Assembly: GCA_951406725.2 (NCBI GenBank) | Contig: OX597818.1 | Coordinates: 68,696,001-68,760,000, forward strand | Source: Octopus vulgaris | Taxonomy: Eukaryota | Length of the DNA: 64,000 nt | Reading direction: 5' to 3' | Shown: positions 1 through 11,331 of the stretch, piece after piece | How the letters are laid out: each line of letters begins with the position of its first letter | Position numbering within the stretch: position 1 is the first letter of the stretch | Notes under the pieces: generated by a model | What the model saw: the letters and a program-made list of their open reading frames with translations, nothing else | What the model was told of the DNA's origin: nothing | The model's database searches: none | Translations under genes and position numbers: made by a program

Positions 1-197
1 TAGACAAAAAAAATTACATATATAGCTTGGGAACCAAGGAAGTGTTGGTGACAGGGAAAGCACCTGGTAGTATGCTTTAAGATGCTGCATCTAACTCATG
101 CCAGCTTGTGAAGAGAATGTAAAGTGGTAACAGAAATCTCTCTTTCTGAACTGGAGTAACAAATACTCGGGAACAATAGTCATAGAAATGGAATAGT

Positions 198-553
198 TGC
201 AGATGTGGCAGTGTGGTAAGAAGTTTGCTTCACAAGCACATGGCTCTGGGTTCAGTCCCACTGTGTGGCTCCTTGGGTAAGCGTCTCCTGCGAAAGCTTC
301 TAACTAACCCAAGTGTTGTGGGTGGATTTGGTAGACTGAGAGTGAAAGCAGTCTCTCATGTGTGTTCCCTGCCACCACTTGTCAACTGATGTTGGTTTAT
401 TTACGTCCCCATAACTTAGTGGTTTGGCAAAGAGACCAATAGAACAAGTGCCATACATAAAATAAAGTGCTGGAGTCAGTACATTCGGCTAAGAATACTT
501 CAAGATTGTGCTCCAGTATGGCCACAGCCTACAGATTGAAACAAGTAAAATAT
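198..553 (+). mobile_element. tRNA-derived SINE, family A (degenerate copy)
   Basis: A-box-like TGGCAGTGTGG, B-box-like GGTTCAGTCCC, body 'ccttgggtaag...ggatttggtagac...agagaccaatagaa...ctccagtatggccacag', 3' end 'gaaacaagtaaaa'; aligns by eye with copies at 7.5, 14.9, 23.1 and 53.3 kb. Confidence 0.85.
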
Positions 554-1324
554 AAGTGATTATAAAAAAAAAGATAAATTGTTTTACCTTCCCTGGCAGC
601 AGACATAATTTTAATTAATCTAGAATTTATTTTGAATGGTATTTATTATGCCCTTATTGAACCTTGTTGCTCAAATGCATGCGTCTGGCCCTGCCGCATT
701 ATTTCTGGCAGCTCGTCTTAATTCTAAATACCTGTGCATATTTCTGTGTGTATATGTGCATTCATGTGTGTGTGAATATATACACACACATACAGAAATA
801 CAGAGAGACGCAGACATCTCTACGGATGCTCGTACAGACATCGACAAACATAATAATAAACATATGTGTGAGTAAGCTTTTGGGTGCCACGGCTACTCCA
901 GCATACGCACGGATGTATGCAAATAGAGATAATTATAAACCTATCAGTCTTACTCATGTATACGCATACATGCAAATACATGGGTGCATATGGGTGTGTA
1001 TGCACACACACACACACACACATCAATCAATTTTTTTCTCTCTCTCTCTTTATATAGATATCCGTGTGAGTGTGGGTATGTATAAAATCAATACAGGTAC
1101 TTGAAACAGCATTAGATTAAGATAATGATATGTATATCATTTATAATGTATATAGAATATTACAGCTAGCACCTTCTACGTTTGAGTGTGTATATTTCTA
1201 TATACAAATATATATGTGTGCATGTGCATATATGTATTATTATCATATGTATATATGCGTGTGTACCACACTCTCTCTCTCTCAATATATATATATATAT
1301 GTATTTGTGTGTGCATATGTGTGT

Positions 1325-1366
<42 letters not shown>

Positions 1367-1752
1367 TTACATATGTATACACACACACATATATATATAT
1401 ACACACACATATATATATACACACACAAGCATATTTGGATTTGTTTGATTATTGTAATTGTGAATGCTCATGAATGTGAATAATAATCAACAAATATATA
1501 TACAAAGGGATTGAATGGCTGTATGCGTGTGTGTGTGTGTGTGTTTATGTAAATACATACATACGCACATACACATGCACACATACACACATATATATAT
1601 ATGTGTGTGTGTATATATATATATATAGATATATAGATAGATACATATATATGTATATATTTGTGTGTGTGTGTGTGTGTGTATAAATACATACATTTGC
1701 ACAAACACATGCACACATACACACAGATATATATATATAGATAGATAGATAG

Positions 1753-1844
<92 letters not shown>

Positions 1845-1845
1845 T

Positions 1846-1888
<43 letters not shown>

Positions 1889-1896
1889 GTATATAC

Positions 1897-1960
1897 ATTT
1901 ATTTGTGAAGCTGATTATGAAGCCAACAACGAAATAAACAATTGTAGATCTACAAATAAA
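1897..1960 (+). ncRNA. Degenerate hammerhead-like remnant (probably inactive)
   Basis: tttatttgt..CTGATTA..TAAA-CAATTG-TA..acaaataaa: same palindromic stem III (ACAATTGT) as 32075-32156, but G8 and G12 core positions are T; lies just after a (TA)n array. Confidence 0.4.
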
Positions 1961-3132
1961 AATGGCCAAAAGTGATTTGCATTACAATCGATTTCATTGT
2001 TATAATTCCGTATGGGAAATAAAGTTTATGAATGCCATCTATAATTTACGACAATATAACTCCATATAAACTAAATTAAACATAACTCTTACAATAAAAG
2101 CTGTGTAGGGATTTCATACCCTTTGGGAAATTAGGAAAAATATTGTGAATATAAATTCTACCGACTCTTTCGCATATACAATGATCTAATGGTCAAATTC
2201 TTTGAATAACATGTAGCTTAAATAGGAAGATTTACCCATTTCCCACCACCTTCCTCACTTAGATATGCTTAACTAAACGATTTTTTGGTTTTTCTTTTTC
2301 TAATTTTTACAATTATTGTCATTTTTTTTTTTTATTGTTGTTGTTTTGCTACGGTCCCCCCCCCCCCCCAAATACTTTCCATTTGTAATTTGTTTTAATA
2401 TTTATTTCCTAAATCTCAATCCTGTATATGATCAGAGATAAGCAACAACAACAACAACAACAACAATGATAATGATAACAACAACAACAACTGCAGCAAC
2501 ATCAACAACAACAACAACACAATTAAGCTGAAGGATGGGATTGAATAATTCCATGAAATGTGAGAATACATTTGAAATGTTGATAATCTTAATTCCTAAT
2601 CCAGTTAAAATTTATTCTGTTTTTTTTTTCTTGTTACTTTTTAATATTTGTCAGATTTGGTCAGTGTTAATAGATTATTAATATTCTCTCGTTAGAAATT
2701 ATCATGAACTTTCCTCAAGTAATTCTTTAAATTAATAATATTATTAAGTATTCAGATAAACCAATACTAAAAAATGGTGAACCAACGCTATAGTTTCAGC
2801 ATTGGAAACAAAGAAATTCCTTGCTGTATACATTCCAGCTCCTAATTTTCTGAGTTCAAATCCCACCGCAGTCAAACCTGGGCTCAGTCATCATCATCAT
2901 CGTCATTACCATTTTGTTTTTACCAAAAGCGTTAGAACATCTGACAAATTGAATCTTTCATTGCAGCATTTCTTCTGAGGCTTCATATTCTTATTTCAAA
3001 TGATGCCAACTCAGGTCAGTGTTGCCTTTCATTCCTCTGGGGTCAATGAAGTACCAAACCAGTTGAGAACTGATGATGATGGCATTGAGAAATACAGATG
3101 CCATTGCTAAATTTGGAAGCTTTTATTATTAA

Positions 3133-3174
<42 letters not shown>

Positions 3175-3313
3175 CACTATTATTATTATTGCCTTTGCAC
3201 AGCTTCTAACGCTGGAGATATGCTACGGTGTCAGCTGTTCAATACCAGTGAAATAAGGTAAAAACTCTTATTTTTCAAGCACCTTCCGGTATTATTATTA
3301 TCATTATTATAAT

Positions 3314-3345
<32 letters not shown>

Positions 3346-3363
3346 TTATTATTATTATTATTA

Positions 3364-4240
3364 TATGAAAACTCTCAGCTCATTTTGCTTGGTATGGTGG
3401 AAAGCGTCAGCTACCCACGGCCAGCAAACTAAGGTGACACTTGTTTTACTGGTCATACTCCATGAACCCTGTGAAGAATTCTTGCAGTTCCAAGCAATGC
3501 TGATTTTTGTAAGTGTTCTACCTTCACACTTGCACCAATCATTTTCAGCCATGCTGGTAGATGAGGGTTGATACTTCCAAGTGCACCAATCACTGTTGGT
3601 ACCACGTCTACTCACTTCATTAGCCACAAATTTCATCATTTTTGTTTATTTTCCCTTCTGCAATCTCGATTATCATGCATGTTCTTCCATTCTTGTTCAC
3701 CACAACACTGTCCAGTTTCCAATGCCTGGTCAGATGTTCATGCATCCCACAGGATTTCGAAAATCTTATTCTTGGTAACACCTTCGGGGATTTTCTCATG
3801 CCATGACTTTGCTCTTTGTAGTTGGTGATTTCCACAGAGCTCTCAATGGATCGTTCTTGCCACATTGTTGTGGCATCTTTTGTATTCAGTTTGTGCCAAT
3901 TTCAAGCATTCACTAATGATGTGCCATACCATTTCACCAATCTTACCGCACATTCTACATTTGTCACTATCGGTAGTGTTGTCAATTCTGCACTTAACAC
4001 ACTTGGTCCTTAATGCTTGTTCTTGAGCTGCACATATGAGTGCTTCTGCCTCTATCTTCAGGTCACTCCTCCTCATCCATAGCTACTGGTCCTCTCTATC
4101 TGTCATGGCATTCACATTTCTTACAAACTGACCAAGCACCTTTTTTTTCTTCCATGGAGTTTCTTTTTCTGTGTTTATTTCTTCTTTAAATTTTTCTTTC
4201 ATTAAAAAATTCTTGGTCTTGATGACACCAGCTTCCTTTG
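3364..4240 (-). mobile_element. R4/Dong-type non-LTR retrotransposon 3' fragment (CCHC knuckle + restriction-like endonuclease), disrupted
   Basis: Minus-strand translation: EAEALICAAQEQALRT..CRMCGKIGEMVWHIISECLKLAQTEYKRCHNNVARTIH, then ..VVVNKNGRTCMIIEIA.. and C-terminal SALLGTARILHRV; 3' end runs into (TAA)n. Confidence 0.85.
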
Positions 4241-4339
4241 TATGTTTCGACAATTTGAGGTTGGCAGGAGTTGACCTGGACTCCTTTGCTCTGTAGGAAA
4301 TTGAGGTTTTGCCATCTGACCAATTATTACTATCATGGC

Positions 4340-4540
4340 AGTCAGTTGGCAGAATCGTTTGCATGATGGATGAAATGCTTAGCAAGATTTTGCCCATCAC
4401 AACATTCTGAGTTCAAATTCTGCCAAGGACGACTTTACCATTTATCCTTTCAGGGTCGATAATTTAAGTACCAGGGGCTGATGTAATTGACTAACCCCCT
4501 CTCCCAAAATCTCAGGCCTTGTGCATATAGTAGAAAGGAT
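4340..4540 (+). mobile_element. tRNA-derived SINE, family B variant
   Basis: ggcagtcagttggcagaatcgtt..gaaatgcttagc..ctgagttcaaattc..ccttt-cagggtcgataatttaagtacc; matches 17090-17319 over head and core. Confidence 0.75.
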
Positions 4541-4562
4541 TATTATTATCATTATTGTTATT

Positions 4563-5050
4563 CATCATCATCATCATCATCATCGTTTAATGTCCGCTTT
4601 CCATGCTGTCATGGGTTGGACAGTATACTGAGGGCTGGCAAACCAGATGGCTGCACCAGTCTCCAATCTGATCTGGTAATGTTTCTATAGGTGGATGCCC
4701 TTTCTAATGCCAACAACTCCAAGAGTGCAGTGGGTGCTTTTACGTGCCACTGGTATGAGGGCCATGCTCAAATGGTGCTTTTTGCATGCCACCTGCAAAG
4801 GAGCCAGTCTAGGGGCACTGGCAACTACCACGCTCGAATGATGCTTTTTTTACATGTCACTGGAACGGAAGCCAGTCAGCAGCCCTGGCAATGACCACAC
4901 TCGAATGGTGCTTTTAACACTCCACTGGCATGAGTGCCAATCAGGTGGTACTGTCATCAGCTATGACAGCGATTTCACTTCCCTCAACAGGTCTTTGCAA
5001 GCATAGCTTATTGTCCAATGTTTGAAGGGTACTCTTAAATGGGCTGGTTA
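4563..5050 (-). mobile_element. RTE-family 3'-UTR fragment with (GAT)n tail
   Basis: Reverse complement of RTE 3' terminus 'aacccatg.cagcatggaaagcggacattaaacgatgatgat' plus internal 'aaaagcaccatt' repeat units. Confidence 0.75.
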
Positions 5051-5136
5051 ATTAGCAATGGCATTATTATTATTATTATTATTATTACTACTACTACTAT
5101 CATCATCATCATGATCATCATTACTATTATCATTTA

Positions 5137-5345
5137 GGCGGCCAGCTGGCAGAATCGTTTGTGCACCAGATGAGATGCTTAGCAGTATTTCACCCATTGC
5201 TACGCTCTGACTTCAAATTGTACCAAGGTCGTCTTTACCTTTCATTCTTCTGGGGTCAATAAAATAAATGCCAATTGAACACCAGGGTCAACGTAATCGA
5301 ATCATTCCCTCCCCCAAAACCGATGCCTTTGTGACAAAATTTGAA
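5137..5345 (+). mobile_element. tRNA-derived SINE, family B variant
   Basis: ggcggccagctggcagaatcgtt..gatgcttagcagtatttc..ctgacttcaaatt..ggggtcaataaaa. Confidence 0.75.
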
Positions 5346-5363
5346 CTGATTATTACAATTATA

Positions 5364-5395
<32 letters not shown>

Positions 5396-5413
5396 CATTA
5401 TTATCATTATTAC

Positions 5414-5473
<60 letters not shown>

Positions 5474-5475
5474 CA

Positions 5476-5688
5476 TTCAGTAGCTTTATTTTTATAACAT
5501 GCTTTCACTTCACTACCGAGCACAGCTCTGTGTGCCTTGGGTATGTGCTGTGATTTGTTGTGATGCTCTGGTGGTTACTGTATGGAAAGAGTTCTGCGTA
5601 GGATGTGTGCAGTGCCTAGTAATGCAATTTTCTGTATGTTATATGTGTTTGTAAATCCTGGTGATTTTGTTATGCATTTGTCTGAATA

Positions 5689-5690
<2 letters not shown>
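5476..5690 (-). mobile_element. R4/Dong-type LINE extreme 3' end embedded in (TAA)n
   Basis: Minus-strand translation ..TNTYNIQKIALLGTAHILRRTLSIQ* followed by short 3' UTR; long (TTA)n arrays on both sides. Confidence 0.75.
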
Positions 5691-5767
<77 letters not shown>

Positions 5768-6220
5768 CATCAATCATATCATCATTATGACTAGTAATAA
5801 AAATGATAATTATAATGGTAATAATATTATTGACATATCACATGTTTTTTTCATAAAACACCCATTTTATTAATTATTCTTTTTTTTTATCTATTTTGTA
5901 ATTCAGTGTTATTGATTGTTTTACAGCATTTCTTATGTTAAGAATACTTTTGGGAGAAAATTATTGGAAAATAGTTAAGTTAGAATTACCATATTTAATA
6001 GAGGAAACATTACATATGCTAATTAGCAATAATTAAGCTATAACAAAAACAACAACATTAGCCATTGGCTAACGTTTAATTTCTTTCACTTTTTATATGT
6101 TTCCTCGTTATAAATGACAATACTAATTAAACTATTGTTTTAATGTAGATGGTACATATATATAGATATACATGCTTACAGTTATATATATACATATATG
6201 CATACATACATTTGTATGTA

Positions 6221-6252
<32 letters not shown>

Positions 6253-6255
<3 letters not shown>

Positions 6256-6603
6256 TCATCATCATCGTCATCATCGTTTAACGTCCGTTTTCCGCGCTAG
6301 CACGGATTGGACAGTTCGACCGGGGTCTGGGAAGCCAGGAGCTGCACCAGGCTCCAGTCTGATCTGGCAGTGTTTCTACAGCTGGATGCCCTTCCTAACG
6401 CCAACCACTCCATGAGTGTAGTGGGTGTTTTTTACGTACCACCTGCACAGGTGTGCCAGGGGAGTCTGGAATCGGCCACGATGGGTTGGTACTTTTAACG
6501 TGCCACCGGCACAGAAGCCAGCCAAGGCGGCGCTGGCATCGGTCACGTTCGGATGGTGCTTTTTATGTGCCACCGGCACCGGTATCACAGCTACTATTTC
6601 CAT

Positions 6604-6606
<3 letters not shown>
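6253..6606 (-). mobile_element. RTE-family 5'-truncated copy (3' UTR only) in (TA)n
   Basis: Close reverse complement of 10510-11057 with fewer 67-bp units; (GAT)n tail; (TA)n on both flanks. Confidence 0.9.
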
Positions 6607-6667
<61 letters not shown>

Positions 6668-6739
6668 TCACATGCACACATATATACATATATAGGTATG
6701 TGTTTATGTATGTATAATATAATATGATATGTGTACATA

Positions 6740-7721
6740 AAGGGTGCGATGGGGAAATTGTTGCCATTTTACATCTTTAATTTCGTGTGGGCTCATTGTT
6801 TTTGATTTTGTCGTCTACACAGCGTGGAAGGGTCAGTTGGGTACCATCTATGAGAAAAGCAGCAACATGATGCGATTCCCTGTGGCAGAAATTTGGAAAT
6901 GATAATCTGTACTGCTTGGCATTCATGCTGGAAGCTCCAATACGAACATTTCAGAGTGTTTGGGTGTCAATTTGAGGAGACGTACCCAGAGGGATAAAAA
7001 TCAAACATCCAGTCAACATCATAGTGTTTGCCTCTCTTCTTCCGACACAACCTCACAGTCCCAACATGGAGGCCTACATCAAGTGCCTGGAGGAGGTAGT
7101 GCTGCCCTGGGTCAAAAGGGGGCCAACAGGACTCTACACTATGCCACACAAGCGGGGGAACCCAGTCATAGTTGTCAGTCAATTTCTGCAACCACATCAC
7201 CACTAACATCTGGGTCCCTAACCCCTCACACTGCAACCCCCCTTGATTATCATGTGTAGGGTACAGTTGAGTGAGAGATGAAGAAAACTCCCAGTAACAC
7301 TAAAGATGAAGTGAAGGCAAGGATTATGGCAGCATTCACCAACTTAAACAAGGAAACCGTCCACAAGAGTTGGAGGAGGTTCCAAAGCCATCTAGAGGTC
7401 ATGGTTGAAGCCAATGGCGATTTTATTGAATAAATTCACTCTTTAGTATTTCAGATATCTAATTTTGATAAATATATCTCTTTCAAAATGAGATATACTC
7501 TTTTACTCTTTTACTTGTTTCAGTCATTTGACTGCAGCCATGCTGGAGCACCGCCTTTAGTCGAGCAAATCGACCTAAGGACTTATTCTTTGTAAGCCCA
7601 GTACTTATTCTATCGGTCTCTTTTGCCGAACTGCTAAGTGATGGGTACGTAAACACACCAGCATCGGTTGTCAAGCAATGCTAGGGGGACAAACACAGAC
7701 ACACAAACATATACACACACA

Positions 7722-7756
<35 letters not shown>

Positions 7757-7976
7757 GACAGGCTACTTTCAGTTTCCGTCTACCAAATCCACTCACAAGG
7801 CATTGGTCGGCCCGGGGCTATAGCAGAAGACGCTTGCCCAAGATGCCACACAGTGGGACTGAACCCGGAACCATGTGGTTGGTTAGCAATCTACTTACCA
7901 CACAGCCACTCCTGCGCCTATCAGTGTTATTTTCATTTTTGCATGATTCGAATGACAGTTTATTCACCATACCCTG
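6740..7976 (+). mobile_element. Tc1/mariner DD37D (maT-like) DNA transposon remnant, interrupted by a SINE
   Basis: Translated pieces KHPVNIIVF, NMEAYIKCLEEVVLPWVKR, QQDSTLCHTS..IWVPNPSHCNPLDYHV; imperfect TIRs 'agggtgcgatggggaaa' / 'tttattcaccataccctg' followed by TA. Confidence 0.8.
7496..7918 (-). mobile_element. tRNA-derived SINE, family A (well preserved), nested in the mariner remnant
   Basis: Full head (ggcgcaggagtggctgtgtggtaag..ggttccgggttcagtcccactg), internal (TA)n/(TG)n tract, tail (GTAAAAGA)n. Confidence 0.92.
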
Positions 7977-8067
7977 TATATATATTTGAATATAGGTATG
8001 TATTAGTACACAAATAAATATACATATATGAATGTGAATATATATATATATTATTCTATATTTTTGA

Positions 8068-8400
8068 GATTAGGAATTACGTACGTTAATTACATTCGAC
8101 TGATATTTGTCCTCACCTTGTTTGCTGTTGCCACAATGTTTCAGCTGATGTACTCTCCAGCCTCCATCAGGTGTTCTGCTGGAATTTCAAAGTCAGCCCT
8201 TTATTTTACTACTGGGGTACACTGTTCTCATTCTTAAGGTATTGTATGTTCTCATTCATAAGATAATTTGCTGACGTTTATCAAATAAAGGGTTGGATTT
8301 GAAATTCCAGCAGAACACCTGAAGAAGGTAGGAGAGTACACCAGCTGAAATGTTGTGATAACAACAAAAAAGATGGCAACACCTATCCATCCATTGTAAA
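8068..8400. mobile_element. Fold-back element with two degenerate minimal hammerhead motifs (Penelope pLTR-like)
   Basis: Inverted arms about 8117-8206 / 8283-8374; + strand 8316-8357 cac-CTGAAGA-agg..cagct-GAAA-tg-TT-gtg; - strand 8132-8173 cac-CTGATGG-aggctgg..tcagct-GAAA-ca-TT-gtg; TA-rich flanks. Confidence 0.65.
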
Positions 8401-8483
8401 TAGTGTATATATATATATACAAGTATATATGTGCATGTGGAAATGCGTGAGTACGTGTTTCTTTGTATGAATGTATATATGTA

Positions 8484-8534
<51 letters not shown>

Positions 8535-8536
<2 letters not shown>

Positions 8537-10408
8537 GATTGCCAGACAGTGTGTGAGAGAAAATAGTGATGTTACAGGAGAGAAATGTGTCTGCATGGAC
8601 GATGGGGCACTTGCTTTTAATGTTGGTGAAAAGAAAGAGGCTTGGAGAAGCCATTATGAAAGACTGCTGAATGTGGAGAATGAATGGGAGGAGGAGAGCC
8701 TGCCAAATGTTGACCCAGTAGAGGGACCAGCTATCCGAATAGACAGCTCCCTTGTAGTTAAGGCAATTAAGGGTATGAAACCAGGTAAAGCCCCCGGCCC
8801 ATCAGGTATCACTGCTGAGATGCTTAAAACAGCTGGTTATGTGGGCTATGGCCTAGTCACCCGTATTGTAAACCAGGTAGTTCATAATGGAGTCATACCC
8901 AATGACTGACGTAGCAGCACCATAGTCAACTGCTACAAGGGTAAGGGTCATGCTCTAGATAGAAATAACTACAGGGGTATTAAACTGTTGGATCAGGTGA
9001 TGAAGGTCACAGAGAAGGTCATAACCCATCTCATTAGGGAGAGAATTTGCTTAGATGAGATGCAGTTCGGTTTTGTGCCGGGTAGAAGCACCACTGATGC
9101 TATATTCCTGGTCCGACAACTGCAGGAGAAGTACCTAGCTATAGATAAACCCCTCTACATAACTTTTGTGGACTTGGAGAAAGCTTTTGACAGGGTTCCC
9201 CGATCCCTTATCTGGTGGTCGATGTGGAAACTGGAGATTGACAAATGGCTAATAAGGGCTGTACAGGCTCTATACAGAGAGGCTGTCAGCAAGGTTAGGA
9301 TTGGCAACGAATATAGTGAAGAATTCCAGGTAGAAGTAGGTGTACACCAAGGCTCAGCCCTCAGTCCCCTTTTATTCATCATAGTCCTCCAGGCAATAAC
9401 AGAGGAATTCAAAACAGGATGCCCCTGGGAGCTCCTCTATGCTGATGACCTGGCTCTCATAGCAGAATCACTACCGGAACAAGAAAAGAAATTTTGGGTG
9501 TGGATGCAAGGGTTAGAATCAAAGGGCCTTAGAGTAAATGTAGCAAAGACCAAAGTTATAGTAAGCAGAAAGGCGAACTCAGCACATACCCCCTCGGGCA
9601 GGTGGCCCTGCTCGATCTGTAGGAAAGGTGTAGGTAGAAACTCCATAAGATGCACCCAATGTAAGCTATGGACGCATGAGAGGTGCAGCAACATCAAAGG
9701 GAAATTAACTGATAAGATAGCTTTCATGTGCGGCAGATGCACAGGGACAAAAGACACCACAGACACTCAGAAAACAGATTCCATCACACTCCAAGGGAAG
9801 AAACTAGAAGTAGTTGATAGTTTCCGCTACCTGGGTGACCAAGTTAGTAGTGGAGGTGGATGCTCAGAGAGTATCACCACTAGAATACGAATAGCCTGGG
9901 CAAAGTTCAGAAAGCTCCTACCCCTACTGGTGACAAAGGGTCTCTCGCTCAGAGTGAAAGGTAGATTGTATGATGCATGTGTGCGAACTGCCATGCTTCA
10001 CGGTAGTGAAACATGGGCTGTGACTGCAGAGGACAGCGTAGACTTGAAAGAAATGAAGCTAGCATGATCCACTGGATGTGTAATGTCAGTGTGCACGCAC
10101 GACAGAGTGTAAGCACCCTGAGAGAAATGCTGGACATAAGAAGCATCAGATGTGGTGTGCAAGAGCGACGCTTGCGATGGTATGGTCATGTACTGCGGAT
10201 GGATGAGGAGAGATGTGTGAAGAAGTGCCACTCCCAAACAGTTGAAGGTATCAGAGGGAGAGGTAGACCCAGGAAGACATGGGATGAGGTAGTCAAGCAT
10301 GACCTCAGAGCATTGGGCCTCACTGAGGCAATGGCGAAGGACCGAGATCTCTGGAGATATGCTGTGACTGCAAAGACCCGGGCTTTTGCCTGCACCAGTT
10401 CCGCATAG
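8535..10408 (+). pseudogene. Disabled RTE reverse transcriptase ORF with internal PHD-type zinc finger
   Basis: In-frame TGA at 8907-8909 where W is expected (PND*), frameshift near 10035 (continues in the 10013..10408 frame); no endonuclease domain because of 5' truncation; C4HC3 motif at 9609-9740. Confidence 0.9.
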
Positions 10409-10539
10409 CCCCTGCCCATTCAAAGTACCCTGGATCCCAGAACGTCCCGCTGTGCTTGAGGAGACCTGTTGAGTCAAGTACATGAACATGAACATGAACA
10501 TCGAAATAAATATCAATGGAAATAGTAGTAGTGATACCT

Positions 10540-10897
10540 GTGCCGGTGGCACATAAAAAGCACCATCCGAACGTGGCTGTTGCCAGCGCCGCCTCAACTG
10601 GCTTCTGTGTCGGTAGCACATAAAAAGCACCATCTAAACGTGGCCGATGCCAGCGCCACACCGACTGGCTTCCGTGCCGGTGGCACATAAAAAGCATCGT
10701 CCGAACGTGGCTGATGCCAGCGCGACCTCGACTGGCTCCAGTGCCAGTGGCACATAAAAAGCACCATCCGAACGTGGCCGTTGCCAGCTCCGCCTTGGCT
10801 GGCTTCCGTGCTGGTGGCACGTTCAAAGCTCCAACCGATCATTGCCAATGCCGGACCCCACCCCCGGCACCTATGCAGGTGGCACGTAAAAAGCACC
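10540..10897 (+). repeat. 67-bp tandem repeat array in RTE 3' UTR
   Basis: Units start at 10540, 10607, 10674, 10741, 10808 (period 67) plus a partial unit at about 10873; each has a GTGCC-ggt-GGCAC hairpin, ATAAAAAGCAC and a GCCAG..CTGGC hairpin. Confidence 0.9.
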
Positions 10898-11053
10898 CAC
10901 TACATTCGTGGAGTGGTTGGCGTTAGGAATGGCATCCAGCTGTAGAAACTCTGCAAGATCAGACTGGAGCCTGGTGCAGCCCCTGGCTTCTCAGACCCCG
11001 GTCGAACCATCCAACCCGTGCTAGCGCGGAAAACAGACATTAAACGATGATGA

Positions 11054-11090
<37 letters not shown>

Positions 11091-11092
<2 letters not shown>

Positions 11093-11331
11093 GGAGTAAG
11101 CATATAAATGTGAAACAAGGTGGAAAAAAGAGTACTCAAATACCAGAGGTAGAGTAATGTGCTTTATTTAAAAGCAGCAGAAACATAACAAAAGCTGTTA
11201 CTCAGAGTTTCACATTCTCGGTCATCAGACTGTTTTATTAAAATATTTAGCAAAACTGTCTGATGTACAGGAACATGAAACTCTGAGTAACAGCTTTTGT
11301 TATGTTTCTGCTGCTTTTAAATAAAGCATAT
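11091..11331. mobile_element. Asymmetric fold-back element with paired hammerhead motifs (copy 1)
   Basis: Unique segment 11091-11156, then inverted arms about 11157-11237 / 11252-11331; hammerhead motifs at 11195-11232 (-) and 11256-11293 (+); TA arrays on both flanks; homologous to 12191-12410. Confidence 0.8.

Larger units (their letters stand above)
8535..11057 (+). mobile_element. RTE-clade LINE, 5'-truncated, inserted in (TA)n
   Basis: RT motifs KAPGPSGI, QFGFVPGRSTTDAIF, FVDLEKAFDRVPR, GVHQGSALSPLLF, YADD, FRYLG; C-terminal RLRWYGHVLR..RGRGRPRKTWDE; 3' UTR ends 'cagacattaaacgatgatgatgat'; (TA)n on both sides. Confidence 0.95.

Noticed and set aside
636-1969. Many overlapping ORFs rich in YI/HT/CV dipeptides (also at 20.1, 29.9, 42.6, 49.7 and 58.0 kb)
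   Set aside because: Translations of (TA)n, (CA)n and (TATG)n microsatellites, which lack stop codons; no coding signal
8907-8909. In-frame TGA as selenocysteine or readthrough
   Set aside because: Position corresponds to a Trp (TGG>TGA) and the copy also has a frameshift; ordinary decay
8988-10067. 359-aa ORF as a functional or domesticated RT gene
   Set aside because: 5'-truncated at a TA array, no endonuclease, upstream in-frame stop and downstream frameshift; a dead-on-arrival LINE copy
10540-10897. CRISPR-like regular repeat array
   Set aside because: Whole units are homologous (no unique spacers), it lies in a LINE 3' UTR, and there are no cas genes in this eukaryotic DNA
11157-11331. 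Hairpin as a miRNA precursor
   Set aside because: Multi-copy, longer than a typical pre-miRNA, no known mature miRNA recognised; better explained as an inverted pLTR
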